DNA of 64,000 bases from contig CAVYGN010000001.1 of the NCBI GenBank assembly GCA_963768055.1, positions 1,736,867 to 1,800,866 of the forward strand, in the 5' to 3' direction. How positions within the stretch are numbered: position 1 is the stretch's first letter; each line of letters starts with the position of its first letter. The stretch is from an uncultured Spirochaetota bacterium. Lineage in GTDB: Bacteria; Spirochaetota; Brevinematia; Brevinematales; JAOACQ01. The position numbers and the translations under genes were made by a program. The notes beneath the pieces were generated by a model. That model was not told the DNA's origin. It searched no databases and saw only the letters and a list, made by a program, of their open reading frames with translations. Shown one piece after another: positions 39,050-48,768 of this stretch.

Positions 39050-39697
39050 ATGAAATTGCTGCCTGTTTTAATTATATTAATTATCACCGCCTTCAGCTTT
39101 GTCAATCCTGAAGAGGTTTATTCTGAAGGGGGCCAAGAAACTTTGATAGAGGCCGTTACAAACGGCGATGCAGCTTTTATTAAAAGTTATAAAGGCGATG
39201 TAAACGCGGCGGATGAAAACGGTGAAACGGCTTTGATGTATGCGGCCGTCGAAGGAAAAACTAACGTAATAAAAGCATTGATCGTGGCGAAAGCCGATGT
39301 CAACGCAATGGATAAAAACGGCAGGACCGCTTTAATGGCCGCGGCCAATAAGGGAGGAATTACCGCTGTTAAAATGCTGATAAAGGCAAAGGCTAATATA
39401 AACACGGCGGACAAGGACGGCTGCACGGTTTTGATGGCGGCGGCACAGAACGGGTACACAGATATAATTAAACTATTGATCGAGGCCCGGGTTAATGTCA
39501 ATGCGGCGGATAATAAAGGTATGACGGCTTTAATGCATGCATCCAACTGGGGTCAGATTGATATTGTCAGGGCATTGATCGTGGCGAAAGCCGATGTCAA
39601 CGCAATGGATAAAAACGGCAGGACCGCTTTGAATTACGCTTCCCTGCATGGCCAATCGGGTATAATGGAAATTTTGATCAATGCCGGAGCGTATTAA
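39050..39697 (+). CDS. Secreted ankyrin-repeat protein (copy 2, about 5 repeats)
   Basis: AGGAGG RBS and repeated G-x-TALM-x-AA...ADVN units. Confidence 0.92.
   Translation: MKLLPVLIILIITAFSFVNPEEVYSEGGQETLIEAVTNGDAAFIKSYKGDVNAADENGETALMYAAVEGKTNVIKALIVAKADVNAMDKNGRTALMAAANKGGITAVKMLIKAKANINTADKDGCTVLMAAAQNGYTDIIKLLIEARVNVNAADNKGMTALMHASNWGQIDIVRALIVAKADVNAMDKNGRTALNYASLHGQSGIMEILINAGAY
39275..39630 (+). repeat. Exact 59-bp direct repeat inside the ankyrin gene
   Basis: 39275-39333 is identical to 39572-39630. The offset is 297 bp, or three 33-aa repeats. Confidence 0.9.
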
Positions 39698-39802
39698 CCC
39701 CTTACCAGTTTGTAATGGATATTTGAAATAGCCGGTGTTGTCAATTAAAACTTGCAAAATTTCAATCGAATATATATGATACGGCGATAGAAAGAGGATC
39801 AA

Positions 39803-39999
39803 GTGAAAAGTTATTTGATATTTATATTGCTTATGATGCCAGCATTGACTTTTGCCGAAGGGAGTCTTTTCGACGCGGTTACCAACGGCAATACAGCTTT
39901 TATCAAAAGTTATAAAGGCGATATAAACGCCAGGGATAAAGACGGTACGACGAGTATCCTTCTATCATAACTCTTTTAAAAAAAGCCGGCGCGAAATAG
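39803..39999 (+). pseudogene. Ankyrin paralogue (copy 3) with an internal frameshifting deletion
   Basis: GTG 39803 ...SLFDAVTNGNTAFIKSYKGDINARDKDGTT joins out of frame (about 39952) to YPSIITLLKKAGAK*, which matches the tail of copy 1. Confidence 0.8.
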
Positions 40000-40027
40000 G
40001 CTGGTAAAATATCGGTTGGAGGGTTAT

Positions 40028-40564
40028 ATGGTTACGGTTGCATCGAAAAAGATTTTCCTGGCTTTAGCAGAGTATAACAAAAAAGTAAATGAGGAACTTC
40101 TGGCCATCCTCGGGGACCTCCCTGAAGAACAGCTCCATAGGAAAACGAAGGCGTTTTATTCTTCCGTTTTCGGGACCCTTTATCATATTTTTTCATCGGA
40201 CCATAGCTGGATAAAGCGTTTTAACAGCTTTTTCCAGGAAAATAAATCGCTTAATTCCACCGGGTTTATATCCCTCGATTTAAAATCGCTTATCAATGAC
40301 AAGGGGTTCGGTGTTAAAGAGCTTTTCCGGTATAGAAAAGAGATGGACGAAGCAATATCCCGCTTTATAGGCGAGCTGGACGAGGAAAAATTAAATTCGG
40401 TTCTCAAATACAAAAATTACAAAGGAGAGCCGGTGGAAAAGGACCTCTGGAAAACCCTCCTGCAGATGTTCAACCACCAGACTCACCACCGGGGATCCAT
40501 CTCTGCAATGCTCGATATGATGGGGGTCGATAACGATTATTCTACCCTTTTGACGAAGATATAG
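40028..40564 (+). CDS. DinB-family protein
   Basis: YN-x-x-x-N, SVFGTLYHI and FNHQTHHRG motifs. Confidence 0.9.
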   Translation: MVTVASKKIFLALAEYNKKVNEELLAILGDLPEEQLHRKTKAFYSSVFGTLYHIFSSDHSWIKRFNSFFQENKSLNSTGFISLDLKSLINDKGFGVKELFRYRKEMDEAISRFIGELDEEKLNSVLKYKNYKGEPVEKDLWKTLLQMFNHQTHHRGSISAMLDMMGVDNDYSTLLTKI

Positions 40565-40634
40565 AGAAGGATTTAAAAAAATATACCGGTCCTTCATTAA
40601 AATGTTTGGAATGTTTTATAACGGGAGGTTTTCA

Positions 40635-41117
40635 ATGACGCAAAAAATGTACCTCAAGACCTTTCTCCTTGCGGCGCTTGTCTGTATTGCGCTTGGCGGA
40701 TTTCTTCTCCATTTCGGCATCCACCCTATCTTCGGCGAAAGGGCGCTCTTAGCCGATTTTGTACCCTTCGTCGCCGGACTGATGACCATTTTTATCGTTA
40801 CTTCCCTGTTCCTGATAAAGGGCATGATGCCCTTTGCATACCTCATGAACGGAATGTTAGTCATAATCGGGGCGATCACAATGACGACATATTCGGTAAC
40901 GCCGCAGCATTTCCCACTATGGCCTGATATCCTTGTATTATTCACGGTTTTCTGCATAGGCAAGCTCCTTTTCGAGGTCGAAATGACAGTCGAGGCCAAC
41001 CTGGTTAAACTCAGGCACAAGGGAAGGTTCTTCAGATATCCCAATATGGGATACTGGTTCGTACATTTAGTCACCCTGTCCGTCGTTTTTGCCCTCGGGC
41101 ATTTTCTATGGATGTAA
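40635..41117 (+). CDS. Hypothetical polytopic membrane protein with several membrane-associated His
   Basis: About 5 TM helices; LLHFGIHP and GYWFVHLVTLSVVFALGHF. GGGAGG RBS before ATG 40635. Confidence 0.75.
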   Translation: MTQKMYLKTFLLAALVCIALGGFLLHFGIHPIFGERALLADFVPFVAGLMTIFIVTSLFLIKGMMPFAYLMNGMLVIIGAITMTTYSVTPQHFPLWPDILVLFTVFCIGKLLFEVEMTVEANLVKLRHKGRFFRYPNMGYWFVHLVTLSVVFALGHFLWM

Positions 41118-41129
41118 TAGGAGGGATTT

Positions 41130-41225
41130 ATGAGTAAGATCTTGCTTTTCAAACCAGGATGGTGGATCCTTCATGTCATTATGATCCTTTTTGTATTCTG
41201 GCTTGGGCATTTCGTGAGGTTCTAA
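41130..41225 (+). CDS. 31-aa single-TM peptide paralogous to the last helix of the upstream protein (not in the ORF track)
   Basis: AGGAGGG RBS; MSKILLFKPGWWILHVIMILFVFWLGHFVRF*. Confidence 0.75.
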   Translation: MSKILLFKPGWWILHVIMILFVFWLGHFVRF

Positions 41226-41260
41226 CGGTGTATTCTGCCGTGGTTTCAATCCATCTATTC

Positions 41261-41947
41261 CTACGCGTTTCGGGGCTTGAACAGCTTTTTTAATAACACC
41301 GGGACTACAGAAAATAGCGCGAGCAGCAGAAGCGCCGATATGATAGGCCATGACAGTATGCCCGACGCGGATTTGAGGTTGCCAAGGTTGCTCCCCGCAT
41401 AGGCGTAAACAAGGGACCCGGGAATGATGCCGGCCGAGGTTGTCCATAAGAAAGTAAAAAATCCGATCCTTGTCATTCCGGCAAGAATGTTTATAAGGAA
41501 AAACGGGATCGCCGGTATAAATCTCAGCATGAGCAGGTAATTGACACCGTTCGATTTTATCTCCGCATTGAAATTTTTAAGGTTTTCAGAGTATTTTTTC
41601 TGTACAACCTCGCCGATAAAATAACGCGCCGCGAAAAAGGAGCCTGAAGCCCCGAGTGTAGCACCGACGTTAACATATAGCGCAGCCGGTATGGTACCGA
41701 ACAAAAAACCGCCGGCCAGTGTGAGTATTGCCGCTCCCGGGACGGATAAAGCGGTGACTGCAAAATAGACCCCCGTGTAAATCAGTACCGACCATAAATA
41801 ATTTTCCTTAACAAGGTTTTTTATTGTATCTCTCGAGTTCACGAGGTTTTTAAAAGTCAGTTCTTTAGCTACCCCTGTAATGTTTATGACTATAACGGCG
41901 GAGGCGATCAATAAAATAAAAATAACCGGTTTTATCCATTGTTTCAT
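41261..41947 (-). CDS. TVP38/TMEM64 (DedA/VTT, YdjX/YdjZ-like) membrane protein
   Basis: SVPGAAILTLAGGFLFG, GATLGA, LRFIPAIPFFLIN and GIIPG motifs. Confidence 0.92.
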   Translation of the reverse strand: MKQWIKPVIFILLIASAVIVINITGVAKELTFKNLVNSRDTIKNLVKENYLWSVLIYTGVYFAVTALSVPGAAILTLAGGFLFGTIPAALYVNVGATLGASGSFFAARYFIGEVVQKKYSENLKNFNAEIKSNGVNYLLMLRFIPAIPFFLINILAGMTRIGFFTFLWTTSAGIIPGSLVYAYAGSNLGNLKSASGILSWPIISALLLLALFSVVPVLLKKLFKPRNA

Positions 41948-43377
41948 GGCTTATTCCTCCTGCCCCGCCCTGCAATCTTCCCCGCCAATTTTACCAGCGG
42001 GTTGTTAAGTAAGCTGTCGACATAGGCATCCCTGGCTGCCTGCCTGATAATGTCCGAATATGAGGGATACGCATGCATGACGGACTGCAGGCTTGCGAAG
42101 GGCTTTCTGAAAAACCGGACGAGTTGTGCCTCATGGATCAGCTCTCCGGCGATCTTCCCGGCGATATGAGCCCCGATAAGCCTTCCATTGCGGTCAAGGA
42201 TATATTTGGCAAGGCCATCTTCATTACCTTCGGTCTTCGCCCTGTCCAGTCTTGAATAAGGCATCCTGTAAACCTTTACGCCTTTTTTATACTTTGCCCT
42301 GGCTTCTTCCTCGGTTAGGCCGAGGTGTGAAAGTTCCGGATCGGTATATGTCGTCCATAATACCTGGCTGAGGTCCTGTTTACGCATAAATGGGATCGAT
42401 GCGTTGATCCCCGCTGTAACGCCCTGATATCCTGCGACATGGCTGAAATTATAGGGACCGACTACATCGCCGCAGGCAAAAATATTCTTTACATTTGTCT
42501 GCAGGAAGGCGTTTACCCCGATGCCTTTCTTTGAATACCTGACTCCGGCCGCGGAAAGATTGAAACCCTCCACCTCAGGCACCCTGCCTGCGGCCACCAG
42601 CAGGGCCTCCGCTTTGAGATCGGAAACGTCCCCTGACTCCTTTTTTATTGTTAAGGTTACACCTCCGGCTTCATCGAATCTTTCTGCCCTTATGGCCCTG
42701 GACCCCGTCACAATGCTAACGCCTTCTGAAAAGAGGCGTTTTAATACTATATCCACGAGTTCCCTGTCCTCCCTTATCAAAATTCCGGGCGTCGCTTCCA
42801 CCACCGTAACCCGTGTGCCAAGGCGGTTGAATGCCTGGGCAAGTTCTATCCCTATAGGACCTCCTCCCAGAATTATAAGTGAATCCGGCACTTTCTTTAT
42901 ATCAAAAATACTCTCGTTAGTGTAATATTTTATTTTATCGATCCCCTCTATCCCGGGAATCAATGGAGAAGAGCCCGCCGCGACAATAAATTTTCCTGAA
43001 CTGATACTTTTCCCGTTTACAGTGATAGAATTCCTGCCGGTGAATAGCGCCTTGCCCATTATCACCTTTATCCCGGCCTTTTCAAAGCTTTCGGGATTTT
43101 CTTCCAAATAAACCCTTTCTATCGTCTCTCTCACGAACCGCATAGGAATTTCACCCGGAGAGAATGAATTTCCGAAGTAAGCAGAGGCCTCATGATAGCG
43201 CTCCGCGGCATGTATAAAAGCCTTGCTGGGGACGCATCCGCTCCATGTGCATTCGCCCCCGAGTCTGTTTTTTTCAACGATCGCCGTTTTTTTTCCGAGC
43301 CCCTTTGCCGTTTTAACCGCCGAAATCCCGGCGGCACCGGCTCCGATAACGATAACATCAAAATCAAATTTTGGCAT
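41944..43377 (-). CDS. Pyridine nucleotide-disulfide oxidoreductase (LpdA/MerA-like class I)
   Basis: GAGAAG, redox pair GGECTWSGCVPSK, GGGPIG and HAYPS motifs. It lacks the MerA C-terminal Cys pair. Confidence 0.9.
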   Translation of the reverse strand: MPKFDFDVIVIGAGAAGISAVKTAKGLGKKTAIVEKNRLGGECTWSGCVPSKAFIHAAERYHEASAYFGNSFSPGEIPMRFVRETIERVYLEENPESFEKAGIKVIMGKALFTGRNSITVNGKSISSGKFIVAAGSSPLIPGIEGIDKIKYYTNESIFDIKKVPDSLIILGGGPIGIELAQAFNRLGTRVTVVEATPGILIREDRELVDIVLKRLFSEGVSIVTGSRAIRAERFDEAGGVTLTIKKESGDVSDLKAEALLVAAGRVPEVEGFNLSAAGVRYSKKGIGVNAFLQTNVKNIFACGDVVGPYNFSHVAGYQGVTAGINASIPFMRKQDLSQVLWTTYTDPELSHLGLTEEEARAKYKKGVKVYRMPYSRLDRAKTEGNEDGLAKYILDRNGRLIGAHIAGKIAGELIHEAQLVRFFRKPFASLQSVMHAYPSYSDIIRQAARDAYVDSLLNNPLVKLAGKIAGRGRRNKP

Positions 43378-44731
43378 TTTCCCCCCTTCTTATTTCCAGG
43401 GCCGAAGGACCGGCCAGAAATGCCCTTGTCCTGGGCATGCCGCCGAGGTTTATCTTTTTCAGGTCATGTACCGTGTCTATATCTCTCATTCTGGGAAGGA
43501 GAGCCGTTTTTATTTCCTTATCCGCGAGAACTCTAAGGGTCAGGGAAAATACGGATGAAGTGCTCCAGGGAATATTATCGAAAACTTCCGGCAAAAAGTG
43601 CCTGGAGTTGAAGCCGATCAGGTAATAACCCCCGTCTTCCGCCGGCCCGATCACCGCCCCTTTTTTTCTAAGAAGCCTCAGGGACCTGTTGAGCCTGCCG
43701 GCCGATATATGCGGAATATCGCTCCCGATTAATACAAGTCTCCCGTAGCCGAGGCCGAACTGTTCCTTTAATGCGTTCTTCATCCTTTCGCCAAGGTCAT
43801 TGCCCTTCTGAGGGAAGATGGAAATCTTTAAGCCGAGCCAATTCCTGAAATCAAAGGCCCTCTCTTCCGGAGTAAAATAGACAAGCAGGTCCGGGGAAAG
43901 CCTTGCGGCCTTTTGAATGATATCGGCAACGAAACTGCGGTAAAGATCGATGGTGAAATGATCGCCGAGGACGCTCCCGATCCTGGTTTTAACCATCCCC
44001 TCCTCCGGATATTTTACAAAAACAATCAATCCATTTTTAACCCGTTCTCCCCGTAAAATGGCAAGATCCGCCGGGTCCGCGTTTAAAGAATATAAAATGG
44101 AAACCAGCCTGTTGATTAACAGGGTTTTAAGATAACCCTTTTTTTCCCATCTTCTGGCAGATGTAATAACCCTGTCTTTCAAGATAGTTACTTTCATGCC
44201 GTTTCTTTTTATTCTTTTAACAAACTCGACATCTTCCATTATTGGAATATCTGCAAAACCCCCCGCCCTGTTAAAAGTTTCTTTTTTAATGAAAAAAGCC
44301 TGGTCTCCGTAAGGGACCCCGCTTAAACTGCAGCGAATTCCGGACGCCCATTCGATAATCCTGAAAAAAAAATGGTTTGAATCGATAGATAATCTAAAAG
44401 CTCCCAAGCCGCCGTTTCTTTCGATTACATTTATAATTTTTTTTAAAGCCCCTCCCGGGAGTCTGCTGTCCGCGTGAAGGAAAAGGAGGATGTCTCCCTT
44501 AGCTTTAGCCGCCCCGGCGTTCATTTGGACTCCCCTGCCCTTTTCCGAACTTAACCTTACAATATCATAATCCTCGACGGCTTTTATCGTCTTAGCCTCT
44601 TTTTCACCGTCGATAACTATTATCTCTATCCGGTCCCGGGAATAATCGTCTTTCAATAAAATAGATTCAATCGTTCCCCGGATTACATCGCTTTCATTGA
44701 ATACAGGAATAATGATAGACAGTTCAGGCAT
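43364..44731 (-). CDS. Fused TIGR04283-like GT2 glycosyltransferase + TIGR04282/DUF2064 (CofC-like) transferase
   Basis: N-half: IIIPVFNE, FLHADS, YGDQ, IMEDVE, TSARRW. C-half: K-x-P-x-x-G-x-VKTR, GNDLGERM, IGSDIP, GPAEDGGYYLIG, IPWST, DID. Confidence 0.88.
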   Translation of the reverse strand: MPELSIIIPVFNESDVIRGTIESILLKDDYSRDRIEIIVIDGEKEAKTIKAVEDYDIVRLSSEKGRGVQMNAGAAKAKGDILLFLHADSRLPGGALKKIINVIERNGGLGAFRLSIDSNHFFFRIIEWASGIRCSLSGVPYGDQAFFIKKETFNRAGGFADIPIMEDVEFVKRIKRNGMKVTILKDRVITSARRWEKKGYLKTLLINRLVSILYSLNADPADLAILRGERVKNGLIVFVKYPEEGMVKTRIGSVLGDHFTIDLYRSFVADIIQKAARLSPDLLVYFTPEERAFDFRNWLGLKISIFPQKGNDLGERMKNALKEQFGLGYGRLVLIGSDIPHISAGRLNRSLRLLRKKGAVIGPAEDGGYYLIGFNSRHFLPEVFDNIPWSTSSVFSLTLRVLADKEIKTALLPRMRDIDTVHDLKKINLGGMPRTRAFLAGPSALEIRRGENAKI

Positions 44732-44741
44732 AGAACCTCAT

Positions 44742-45473
44742 TTATTTCGTCATTTCTTTTAGAAACTTCCTGATCCTTGCGGCGTTCGTGCCGAAATCTC
44801 CTACGCCTACCCTTGATTCCGACCTTATATCAACCCTGCTGCCGCTGCCGCTTTTTGTAACGCGGATAACTATATCATCCTTGAAACCCATCCAGAATGT
44901 TGTGGCTGTCGCTTCAATCCGTCCGCCGTCCCTGTCCGATGCGACGATCTTCCATCCCATTGAGCTTGAAACCGCCAGCGCCTTGTCGAAGGCGTCTCCT
45001 GCCGATATTGTTAAAAACAGCGGTTTAATATCGGGATAAAATTTTTCCTGCTGGGCGGAAATAGCCGCTCCTTCATATTCCGGCTTGTTTGCCGCATCCT
45101 TCCTGAGTGCCAGGATATCTACAAACTTCGGCGGATTCTGGGTGTCGGTTGTGATATCATGAATCCTGGGCATATGTTTGGAGTAAAGGTTCCATGGCCC
45201 TGCCGCTATGAGAAGGCCGAAGACTATCCCTGCGATACCGTATAAGTAGCCGCCTCTGCCGCCTGTAATAAAACCTAGTATCAATCCTATTGCCGAAACC
45301 GCGGCCGCAGCAAAACCGGCCGCCATAGATATGAATACCAGCCGCACGATTGTACCGGTTTGAAGGAAATTGAACCTGTTGCCCAGGGAGGCCAGGATAA
45401 ATGTTGCAAGCGCCAGGATTGCAATAATAAAACCTCCCGCCAGAATACCGGTAACCCACGTATTCTTTTTCAT
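44742..45473 (-). CDS. DUF1499 membrane protein
   Basis: PRIHDITTD, IEATATTFWMGFKDDIVIRV and RSESRVGVGDFGTNAARI motifs. Confidence 0.9.
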   Translation of the reverse strand: MKKNTWVTGILAGGFIIAILALATFILASLGNRFNFLQTGTIVRLVFISMAAGFAAAAVSAIGLILGFITGGRGGYLYGIAGIVFGLLIAAGPWNLYSKHMPRIHDITTDTQNPPKFVDILALRKDAANKPEYEGAAISAQQEKFYPDIKPLFLTISAGDAFDKALAVSSSMGWKIVASDRDGGRIEATATTFWMGFKDDIVIRVTKSGSGSRVDIRSESRVGVGDFGTNAARIRKFLKEMTK

Positions 45474-45619
45474 TGCATTTCTCCTTTCATTTTTATTTTT
45501 ATAATATTATATTTTACATAATATTCATTATAAAAATAATATGCCCGGAATTATAAGGCAAGTACTTGTGCAAAAACAATCGATAAAAGATAATATTTAA
45601 CTGATAGGATTTTATAGAT

Positions 45620-46591
45620 ATGAACAAAATAACCGAGGCTAAGGCCCATGTAAAACATTTTTTAACCGGGAGCGGCTGGCTCGGACATATAGATTCCGTT
45701 TCATTTCTTGCTTCCGGGGAATATAATACAAATTTTATTGTTAAAAGCGCCGGTAAGTTTTTCGTATTCCGCATTAATTGCGGCAGCCAGCTCGGTCTCG
45801 ACGATCAGATAGGCTACGAATTCCGATGCCTCAAATTGCTTGAAAACACAGGGGTAACTCCAAGGGCCTATTTTTATGAACCCCCGGGGGTAAATTTCAA
45901 AAGGGGGGCCCTGCTTGAAGAATATATCGCGGGGAAACCCCTGAATTACCGTAAAGACCTTGATGCTGCGGCATATATTTTTTCAAGGGTGCATGATATC
46001 CATGACAGAGGCGGACTGATTCCCCAGGAAGATCCCGTCAGAGCCATTGCTGAAGAAAGCATTTCGCTTCTCAACAAATATCCCCGGTCCGAATACATGG
46101 AAGCGTACTCATTATTAACAGGAATATATGAAAACCTGGCGGTAAACATGGAAGGCCCCGGGTCGGTCTTTTCAGGGGAAGATCTTTGCGTGGTTAACAC
46201 CGAAGTCAATTCGGCGAACTTTATCGTAGGCAAAATGGGGCAATATCTGGTAGACTGGGAAAAGGCCGTCTTTTCTTACCGTTACCAGGACCTGGCCCAT
46301 TTTATGGCAAAAACGACGACCCTCTGGAAAACGGATTATTATTTTTCAAAAGAAGACAGGACAGCTTTTATCAGGGCATACTCCGATTTAATAAAAGATA
46401 AATATACGCTGACTTTCAAACAGGTCATGGACAGGACTGAAATTATGGAGAAAGCCGTGTTGCTCCGGGCGTTATCATGGTGTTATATGGCATATTATGA
46501 ATATATGCATCTTCCGCGTCCGATAAAGAATATGAAAACACTCAAAAAGATAAGGGAATATCTGGGCGGTGCTGAATGGTTCTTAAAATAG
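45620..46591 (+). CDS. APH/choline-kinase-fold phosphotransferase
   Basis: GEYN-x-N, FRIN-x-GSQ, catalytic loop NTEVNSANF, LVDWEK and DLAHF motifs. Confidence 0.82.
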   Translation: MNKITEAKAHVKHFLTGSGWLGHIDSVSFLASGEYNTNFIVKSAGKFFVFRINCGSQLGLDDQIGYEFRCLKLLENTGVTPRAYFYEPPGVNFKRGALLEEYIAGKPLNYRKDLDAAAYIFSRVHDIHDRGGLIPQEDPVRAIAEESISLLNKYPRSEYMEAYSLLTGIYENLAVNMEGPGSVFSGEDLCVVNTEVNSANFIVGKMGQYLVDWEKAVFSYRYQDLAHFMAKTTTLWKTDYYFSKEDRTAFIRAYSDLIKDKYTLTFKQVMDRTEIMEKAVLLRALSWCYMAYYEYMHLPRPIKNMKTLKKIREYLGGAEWFLK

Positions 46592-47493
46592 AAGGTATTA
46601 CCAAAAGCTATAAAAATCTGAATGTTTTAAAAGGAATCGATTTTTCAATTAAAAAAGGCGAGCTTGTATCGATTATAGGCCCGTCGGGCGCAGGCAAAAC
46701 CACCCTTTTAAAGATCATTGCAGGTCTTGAAAATCCTGACTCGGGAAGCGTAACAAATCTCTCTTCCTCTCCCGCCATACTTGTTTTCCAGGATTACCTG
46801 CTCTTCCCCATGATGAACGTATTCGAAAATGTCGCTTTCGGGCTCCGGGCTCGCCGCATGGATAGAATGACGATTGCCGGAAAGGTCGAAGGAATTCTCA
46901 GGAGCTTCTCTCTTGAAAATAAACTTAAGGCCTATCCCGCCGAGCTTTCTTCGGGACAGAAGCAGAGAGTTGCGATTGCGCGGGCCATGGTCCTTGACCC
47001 GGATATCCTCCTTCTCGACGAGCCTTTTGCGAACCTGGACAAAAACCTCAAGCTTGAAATGGCCGAATTTATCAGATCAAAACAGAAAGAATATAAAACA
47101 ACTACACTCCTTGTCACCCATGACCAGCAGGAGGCTTTTATCGTATCTGACAGGATAGGTATAATGGTCGAAGGATCTATGATCCAATACGATACGGTCG
47201 AAAATGTTTACACCAAACCAGTATCGATCGAGGCGGCTTCGTTTCTGGGCCATGTGAACATTATCCCTGAAAAATTCAAGGATAAACTCTGCGTAAAGAT
47301 GGATTGGGCCCGGGCGGAATCTTTTCGTATCGAGAAAGATGCTGACGGGCCCGCCGAAGTGCGCGATGTGACTTTTGCCGGCCACTATATAATATACCGT
47401 GTTTTATGGGAAGACTGGGTCTGTACAGTGTACCGGCTTGAAGGCGGCATTGAAAAGGGAGAGCATGTGCGTCTTATGCTTGGAAAATGTTGA
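46576..47493 (+). CDS. ABC transporter ATP-binding protein (PotA/YnjD-like)
   Basis: GPSGAGKT, LSSGQKQR, LLLDEPF and VTHD motifs. Confidence 0.93.
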   Translation: MVLKIEGITKSYKNLNVLKGIDFSIKKGELVSIIGPSGAGKTTLLKIIAGLENPDSGSVTNLSSSPAILVFQDYLLFPMMNVFENVAFGLRARRMDRMTIAGKVEGILRSFSLENKLKAYPAELSSGQKQRVAIARAMVLDPDILLLDEPFANLDKNLKLEMAEFIRSKQKEYKTTTLLVTHDQQEAFIVSDRIGIMVEGSMIQYDTVENVYTKPVSIEAASFLGHVNIIPEKFKDKLCVKMDWARAESFRIEKDADGPAEVRDVTFAGHYIIYRVLWEDWVCTVYRLEGGIEKGEHVRLMLGKC

Positions 47494-47550
47494 CTTACAT
47501 ATTCCAAAATATTATTTTAATTGTATGTTTATCTGAAAAAAGAGGTTATT

Positions 47551-48756
47551 ATGAAAATTGTTATAATGTCGGTTTTAACAGCCCTTGTTTTATCATGCGC
47601 CAGGGTCCAGGAGACGGACTGGCTTTCAAAACCTTTTTCCGAGATAGAGACAGCGGCGAAGGATTCGACAGTCCGCTTCTATATGTGGGGCGGGTCGGTC
47701 AGTATAAACGGATGGGTTGACGGTTATGTGACGCAGGAATTAAAATCCCGGTACGGCATAACCCTGGTCCGCATTCCCGTCGATACCAGATTGATAGTTA
47801 ACAAGCTTCTCACGGAAAAGCAGGCCGGGAAAATAAAGGGGACCATAGACCTGGTCTGGATAAACGGCGAAAACTTCATGAACGCCTTCGAGAACGGCCT
47901 TCTTTTCGGGCCTTTTGCCGGAAAACTTCCTAATTATACGAATTATATCGATCCGGCCGCCTCCGGCTACGATTTCGGATTTCCGGTAAACGGGTTTGAG
48001 GCGCCATGGGGACGGGCCCAGTTCGTCTTTGAATACGATTCGGCGAAGATCAAAAACCCGCCCGGAAGTTTCAGGGATTTATTGAATTGGGTAAAGGCCA
48101 ATCCCGGACGATTTACCTATCCCCAGCCTCCGGATTTTACAGGATCGGCTTTCATCAGGCAGGCGTTTTACGCTTTTACCGGAGGCTATTCCCAGTATAT
48201 GAACGGATTTGATAAAAAACTTTTCAGCTCTAAATCCGCATTTTTGTGGAAATACCTTAACTCCATGAAGCCTTATTTATGGCAGAAGGGAAAAATATTT
48301 CCAAGGGACATCGCGGCTCTGGACAGCCTCTTCGAGAGGGGGGAGGTGGATTTTAACATGTCGTACCACCAGGCGGATGCAGAAAACCGTATAATTGCCG
48401 GCCGCTACCCGGTGACAGTAAGGACCTTCGTTATGAAAGAGGGTTCTGTTTACAACACTCACTTTACCGCTATACCCTATAACTCTCCGAACAAGGCGGG
48501 GGCCATGGTCGCGGCAAATTTCCTGATGTCACCGGAGGCGCAGTATTCAAAGAACAAACCCTCGAATTGGGGAGATTTTACTGTCCTGGATCTTAACCGG
48601 CTTCCCGCCGACTGGAAAAAGAAATTCCTGGAATTAGACCTCGGCAAGGCCACTCTTCCTATCGATATTCTTTCAAAATACGGGGTCCCCGAGATTCCCT
48701 CCGGATACGTCGAAGAGCTGGAAGACGGCTGGAAAAACAAGGTATTGACAGAATAA
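47551..48756 (+). CDS. ynjB: ABC substrate-binding lipoprotein, YnjB-like
   Basis: Lipobox VLSC; MWGG, DLVWINGENF, PWGRAQ, NPGRFTYPQPPDFTG, NTHF-x-AIP and SPEAQ motifs. Confidence 0.75.
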   Translation: MKIVIMSVLTALVLSCARVQETDWLSKPFSEIETAAKDSTVRFYMWGGSVSINGWVDGYVTQELKSRYGITLVRIPVDTRLIVNKLLTEKQAGKIKGTIDLVWINGENFMNAFENGLLFGPFAGKLPNYTNYIDPAASGYDFGFPVNGFEAPWGRAQFVFEYDSAKIKNPPGSFRDLLNWVKANPGRFTYPQPPDFTGSAFIRQAFYAFTGGYSQYMNGFDKKLFSSKSAFLWKYLNSMKPYLWQKGKIFPRDIAALDSLFERGEVDFNMSYHQADAENRIIAGRYPVTVRTFVMKEGSVYNTHFTAIPYNSPNKAGAMVAANFLMSPEAQYSKNKPSNWGDFTVLDLNRLPADWKKKFLELDLGKATLPIDILSKYGVPEIPSGYVEELEDGWKNKVLTE

Positions 48757-48768
48757 GGGCTATCCGAT

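Noticed and set aside
39275..39630. CRISPR-like or DGR-like repeat pair
   Set aside because: Two identical copies in frame within ankyrin repeats, with no spacers, no adenine-specific mismatches and no cas or reverse transcriptase gene.
41944..43377. Mercuric reductase merA / mercury-resistance operon
   Set aside because: No C-terminal Cys-Cys, no N-terminal HMA domain and no merR/T/P nearby.
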